Assembly (NCBI GenBank): GCA_023231475.1
Contig: JALJEE010002021.1
Location: 62,001 to 106,488 of the forward strand
Direction: 5' to 3'
From: Seison nebaliae
Taxonomy: Eukaryota
DNA length: 44,488 nt
Position numbers and translations under genes: made by a program. The notes under the pieces were generated by a model. The model was not told the DNA's origin. It was given only the letters and a program-made list of their open reading frames with translations, and did no database searches. This document shows positions 39,301-44,488 of this stretch, in pieces. How positions within the stretch are numbered: the stretch's first letter is position 1; each line of letters starts with the position of its first letter.

Positions 39301-39659
39301 CGTCCAACTCTCCAATGAGTAATGGCGTCGTTCTACAATACGTGTTGAAGAACTGGAAATTGTATTTCGATAAGTTCCGTGACGACTCATTTACGTTGGA
39401 TAGAATTATACAAAAATCATGTCTCTACCTCTCCTCACAATGTGATATTACGATTGTCCACTTTTCTACTTGCTATCTCTAATATTTATTCTTTCAGTTA
39501 CAAGATTTCATGGACTCAAATCAAGTAGGACCAGCGAAACAGGCCTTCATCAATGGAATCGAGAAAATTCGATACAGTATTAATTGGCTGGAAGAAGTGT
39601 ATCCGAAATTGGAGGATTATTTAAGAAAATTTGAAGATTCATCAATAATCACAACATAA
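33369..39659 (+). CDS. Type II membrane M1-family zinc aminopeptidase (aminopeptidase N/A-like) with two tandem full catalytic units, about 1937 aa. Exons 33369-33884, 34003-36173, 36220-36363, 36416-36494, 36539-38606, 38653-38828, 38874-38983, 39026-39193, 39236-39455, 39498-39659
   Basis: Signal-anchor LIALAIVICIAFIGCILVTHF. Unit 1: RLPRDVMPIEY, FPCFDEP, GAMENWGL, HELAHQWFGN...WLNEGFA, SYSKG. Unit 2: RLSKDIIPISY, FPCFDEP, GAMENWGL, HEWAHQWFGN...WLNEGFA, VYDKG. Each unit has its own ERAP1-like C-terminal domain. Nine introns keep the frame (5814 nt). Confidence 0.92.
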
Positions 39660-40342
39660 TAATTTTGCATATTATCGATGACATCAATTTTATATTCTAT
39701 TGATAATTTTTTTCTATTAAATTCTATTTCTGTTTCCATTTTGATGAAAATTTCAAATTTAATTTCCGATTACATCTTATTTATATCAACTAATTCCTGT
39801 TTTCATGTATTTTGTTTAACAAAAAAATCTGTTTTCTTCTTTTTCTTCCTAATTGTAATTGTTTATCACTTCATAATAATATCTATTCACTATGTTGAAA
39901 TTTATGGATGATTTGTTCAATCAGATTAATATCAACTATTCAATAATGTCTTTAGTCTCTTTAGTCTAAACTTTTAATTAATCTCTATAGACTTATTACT
40001 AAACTCCCAAATTGGCAGAACGTTTGATAGCTGATACAACATATAGTACGTTAATTCTAACTTTCGACGCAATCTGTGTAGCAGACAGATCGAAGAATAA
40101 CAATCGATTGTTATTCTACGAAAGACGAATTACACAAATCACAGGATAAGCACAAACGCAGCAAGTGAAATGCCATATTATTGACATATGGAAATAATAT
40201 TTTTTCACGAGAAGTTCAAAGTTTCTCGTATTATTTTCTAGATAGTTTATTAGGTATAATCGATATGTGTAACGAATGTTGATTTACAGGAACTCTCACG
40301 TGTTTAAATATAATATAATTAATTCAAGAACAATTTCTACAT

Positions 40343-40414
40343 TCCCATGTGGTCTAGGGGTTAGGATTTCGCCCTTTCACGGCGACGGCCCGGGTTCGAT
40401 TCCCGGCGTGGGAG
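40343..40414 (+). tRNA. tRNA-Glu (anticodon TTC)
   Basis: Cloverleaf: acceptor stem TCCCATG/CGTGGGA, anticodon arm TCGCC-CTTTCAC-GGCGA, T arm CCGGG-TTCGATT-CCCGG; A and B boxes are intact. Confidence 0.96.
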
Positions 40415-40417
40415 AAA

Positions 40418-40423
40418 TTTTTT
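40418..40423 (+). terminator. RNA polymerase III oligo-T terminator of the tRNA gene
   Basis: T6 run 3 nt after the discriminator base. Confidence 0.75.
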
Positions 40424-40699
40424 GTTGAAGTATTAGTTTTTTGAAATTTTATGCTGGTATATAAATTTGTTCCCCTCAATTGAGGTGATAGTATTCTATA
40501 TTATAGAATACTAATAAATGAATATATTGTAACACTTATCGCTTCAAAATTACTCGGTTCGTGATAAAAATATTAGGGATTTAAAAATAACGCAATAATA
40601 ACGATAGAGCATTTTCGAAAAATGGCTTAAAAAAACACGTAATATAATAAAATTATAGTAATACAGTGGTGATAAATCATATCCAGAACAGTTTAGGAT

Positions 40700-42080
40700 A
40701 TATCAGTTAAGTTTACAAATAAACAAGTGATAATGTGGTTTAATTCCAAACAGTTTAAGTAATGTGTAATTATTAGAAGACTGTTATAACTTAGGGCTTA
40801 CGAAGTCACCGGGATTCCAAATGGGTTTCGATGTTGATACCATCTGACACGGGTCTGACGATAAGAGAGTTGGACACCATTAATTGCCAATCAGTCATTC
40901 GTGACGTTGTTTGTTTTTTCTTTAGCAATTACACATATATATATCTAGATATTTTCTAATAAAAGTAGATGAGTTTGAATTTTGGATATTGAAATACAGG
41001 TTTTTTTAACCATGAAAAGATACATTGTGAAATTTGTTAGTGCACTGTCAATGATCGGCAGTCGCAATGGTTTTGCTGTTCGACTACAAAAAATATGTTC
41101 TTCGGTCCAGAAGAATCATAGTCTCCTTCATCATTTTAATTTATCGAGTAAACATCCGTTACCGACAACGTTTGGAGTGTCTCGTAAATTATATAAGTTA
41201 TAGTTTATAAATTAATACAAAACAAATATCAATTACGACATCGTCTTTTTAGAAAGGTTATTGAAGAAGAACGATTGAACGATCTTTTAAAATATACGGA
41301 GGTTCGTTGGTGAAGCGCAATTAAGATGATGCGAAGATTCCAAACTTTATACCCGAAAATACTACTCTTCAACAATGAAGATTTATTTGTGAAAGAATCC
41401 TTGGACACATTAATTTCTTCCAAAGAATTTTTCTTTTATATATGTTTCGCGGTTCTTATATTAAGTATTTTTAAAAAATGCTGCAAAAAACTTCAATCGT
41501 CCTTTCTGTTCTTGGGCACCGTCGTGATCGAAGTCAAAAAGCTCCAGATGGAATTGAATTTCTTGTCCAATTTGACGAATGTTCAGCTTTCGGAAGTATT
41601 ACTCTACGTCGACCCAGCGATCGACCAATCCACTTTCAATGATGATATTTTAAAAACATACCTAACAACGATAAATGACAGCCAATAACGTTGCCACACA
41701 TCAAAATTTCAGTATTCAGAGATCGACAAACTTCAGAGATCCATTCGAAGTTTCAAACGATGAAGAATTCGCGAATTTACCGGTAAGACTCAATTTGAGA
41801 ATGTTGTAAGAAGATATCCAGCTAAAATCGCTGTACTTCTACAATATCCCATCCAATTCTAAAAGTATTCTCGAATATTATAGAAAAATGCCAATTGAAT
41901 ACATTGAATTAAAAACTGTTGCTTTTAAATTAGGCACAATGTTTCGTTCTACCACAACACGGGAATCGCTATTTTCTAGGATGAATTTAGTGAAGACTGT
42001 TCGTCGAAGCAAATTGACGAACGAAAATCTGGAAAAAATATTGTTATTTATCATAAACGAAGAAATCGAACCGGAATAAT
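40700..42080 (+). mobile_element. Pseudogenised hAT transposase (Charlie/SPIN/Buster-like)
   Basis: SMIGSRNGF...NHSLLHHFNLSSK (the CxxH region), LLKYTEVRW*SAIKMMRRF, and the dimerisation motif FRSTTTRESLFSRMNLVKTVRRSKLTNENL. Stops and frameshifts are present; TIRs were not identified. Confidence 0.8.
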
Positions 42081-42221
42081 ATATTGTTGATGATAATATA
42101 TTTTTGACGATAAATACATTGTGAATACTTCACAAATAGATCTTCAATTTACTCAAATTGACATTTCAGAACATTATAAATATAATTTTTGAAGTAAAAT
42201 TTTAATTCAACTTTACTTACT

Positions 42222-42980
42222 GTAAGGCTTTTCTTACAATGACGAAGATTGAAGAAATTTTCGAATCCGGTTTTCTTGTTCTGAAAGATTATCTTCCGAT
42301 GGTAATTTCTTCAATGGTTCCGTTAACGACCATGATTTGAGCTTTTTCTTGGTTTATTTTAATTCCATTGCGTTCGAGATGTTCTACGACGAGGTTTATC
42401 TTCTTGATCAGTCGATTTTTTGTTGATACAAAGATCGTGATGTCGTCTGCATATGTGACGAAATCGAACGATATTTGGTTTATTAGGAGATCATACATTC
42501 GATAGGTGAAAAGAGGTTCCATAGATAGATTGAAGAGAAATGATGAGAGAATCGAACCTTGTCTCACGCCTTTATTGGATTTGATTGGAGATGACTGGAG
42601 TGTTTTCCAACTTATTATTGTGTTTGTTTTTTCGTTGATGAATTTGATGAGATTAATTTCACTTTGAGGAAGATGTCGATTTTCCAATCGATTTACGATG
42701 TTCTGGAAGTTAACATTGTTAAATGCCTTAGATGCATCGATTGCGGCGATGTATGTGGATTCTTTGTTCTTCTTTCTCGCGGAACATAGCATTTTGATGA
42801 CATAGCATATAAACTGTTCAATGAACAGTCTTAATTTTTTTGGAACCCGAAGGAGAAGAAGTTAAAATTAATTTATTTTTCTAATCTGTTTAAAATTATT
42901 TTTTCGATTAATTTTAATAGAGTGGAGTCGATCGAGATTGGACGTAGATCTTTTGTGTTGTTCGGGATTTTTCCTTTTAC
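42222..42980 (-). mobile_element. Non-LTR retrotransposon reverse transcriptase fragment, copy 1 (truncated at both ends)
   Basis: KDLRPISIDSTLLKLIEK, FGFQK, IDASKAFNNV, GVRQGSILSSFLF, YADD, INQEKAQIM. Confidence 0.9.
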
Positions 42981-43509
42981 GTCGATTAGTCGTTTTTCTA
43001 TACATAATTTTTAGTCGACTGAGGCATCGACTCACAATTGTCAGAATGAGTCACTCACATCAGTCGATCGTTTCGACTATTTAACAGCCCTAGTCTGAAC
43101 CGAGTATACTCATTGTACTGGATATTTTTATTCCTAATAATTTCAGATAAAAGTTTTATTAATATTTTTAACCCATTATTTAAAAAATAACGGGTTTTCC
43201 AAAAATAAGTCTTAAGACTCATTTAGTTCATTTCCTCCACGGTATTGATTAGTATTCACATTTTATTTATAATAAATAGATTCTCAAAACACTGACAAGT
43301 CTGACTCAAGGAACAGTCAAGGTCTGACAGTAAGTTTTAGAAAAAATAAAATTTGGAAAAGTATCAGCATTGTTTTACCTCTCTAATAGTACCCCCACAT
43401 TTTGCGGCCCGAACCTCTAAGACCGGTTTTTTTATTAAACTTTAAGCCAAAATATTAAAATGATATTGAGGTACCAAAAAGATGGAAGAGAATAATCTAA
43501 ACTTTGGTA

Positions 43510-44488
43510 ACATTTAAGATTTATTTAGAGGCTTATTATTATTTATAAAGCATGTTAAATCCATTTAACATATACAAGATAAGATACAAACGACGAAAGA
43601 CAAGGACTACTAGACCGTGGAGAAAAAGATAAAAGAGGTGACCCTAGAAGCGATTCATGTGAGTGAATGTTCTAGGTGTTTCAATTTAGTGTGTTATGTA
43701 TGGAATTTTTTTTCAATAGTAGTTTGTCGTTATGAAAATTATGATAGTCTTTATTACTTAGTTGTTCTCTAACTGATCTTGCAGTAGTTTTCATTTCATA
43801 CGGGATTCTATTTTCGATGTTGAAGTTTTCTATCAAGTTTTCGAGCTGTCTTTTTTCGATGGAGTAATATGACAAGATGAGTTTCCGGAAAAGATAAGAA
43901 GTGTCAAATCTTCTTCTCAGTTCATTGTATAGTGTCTCGTATTGTGATGACTTTATTTTGAGGATGAAGTCTCTTTGTCGTTCGTATAGGATGATTGGAA
44001 GTGGCTTATAGTCGATTATGAAGAAGCTGGCTTGTTGATCTTGTTTTTGATGTTGTTGATCATCATATCGTCGTTGAGATTGTTAGTAATTTCTATTCCG
44101 AGAATATTTATTTGTTTTTGAGTCGTGATCGGCTTGTTCCCTCTTCGGTTTGACCGTTTATCACCATGATTTGAGTTTTCTCTGGATTTTTTTGTATTCC
44201 GTTTCGTTCGAGATGTTCTGCGGCTACTTTTATCTTTTTGAGTAGTCGATCTTTTGTTGATGCGATGAGCGTGATGTCATCTGCATAGGTGATGAAGTCG
44301 ATTGAAGTTTGTTTAATGAGCAAATCGTTCATTCGGAAGTTGAATAGCGGTTCCATCGATAAGTTGAATAAGAAAGGTGATAGAATAGAACCTTGTCTAA
44401 CTCCTTTATTGGACTTAATTGGTGGAGAGTGAATTTGTTTCCAATTGATTATCGTGTTAGTTTTTTCGTTTATCAGTTTGATGAGATT
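43510..44488 (-). mobile_element. Non-LTR retrotransposon 3' portion, copy 2 of the same or a closely related family (RT C-terminus, ORF2 tail, 3' UTR); continues beyond the window
   Basis: GVRQGSILSPFLFNLSMEPLF...YADD...NPEKTQIM is colinear with copy 1. It has a frameshifted C-terminal ORF (43681-43875), a 3' UTR hairpin at 43552-43571 and AATAAA (minus strand) at about 43520. Confidence 0.88.

Noticed and set aside
1..44488. Alternative genetic code, CRISPR array or prokaryotic operon structure
   Set aside because: TAA, TAG and TGA all terminate conserved genes, in-frame stops fall in introns or dead TEs, there is no repeat-spacer array, and the genes contain spliceosomal introns

Overview
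AT-rich, gene-dense eukaryotic DNA, almost certainly from an animal with a compact genome; the taxon cannot be fixed from sequence. It uses the standard genetic code, and most introns are 40-55 nt. I spliced the ORF fragments by hand into eight protein-coding genes: an Asn/Ser-rich unknown gene running off the left edge, a RING-less B-box/coiled-coil (TRIM37-like) gene, RPA2, cysteine dioxygenase, VAC14, an NPC1-derived single-pass membrane protein, WIP/verprolin (with a 3.3-kb ORF inside intron 2 that looks like an alternative first exon), and a ~1937-aa type II M1 aminopeptidase with two complete catalytic units. There is also a tRNA-Glu(TTC) and two patches of decayed transposons: LINE, MULE and piggyBac at about 8.3-11.3 kb, and hAT plus two LINE RT copies at about 40.7-44.5 kb. 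Two signals stand out. First, 30 of 33 reconstructed 5' splice sites read GTT and lack the usual +3 purine and +5 G, which suggests altered splice-site recognition. Second, the NPC1 homologue keeps only the two luminal sterol-handling domains, on a mucin stalk with one TM helix. All homology calls come from recognising motifs by eye; no database search was run.
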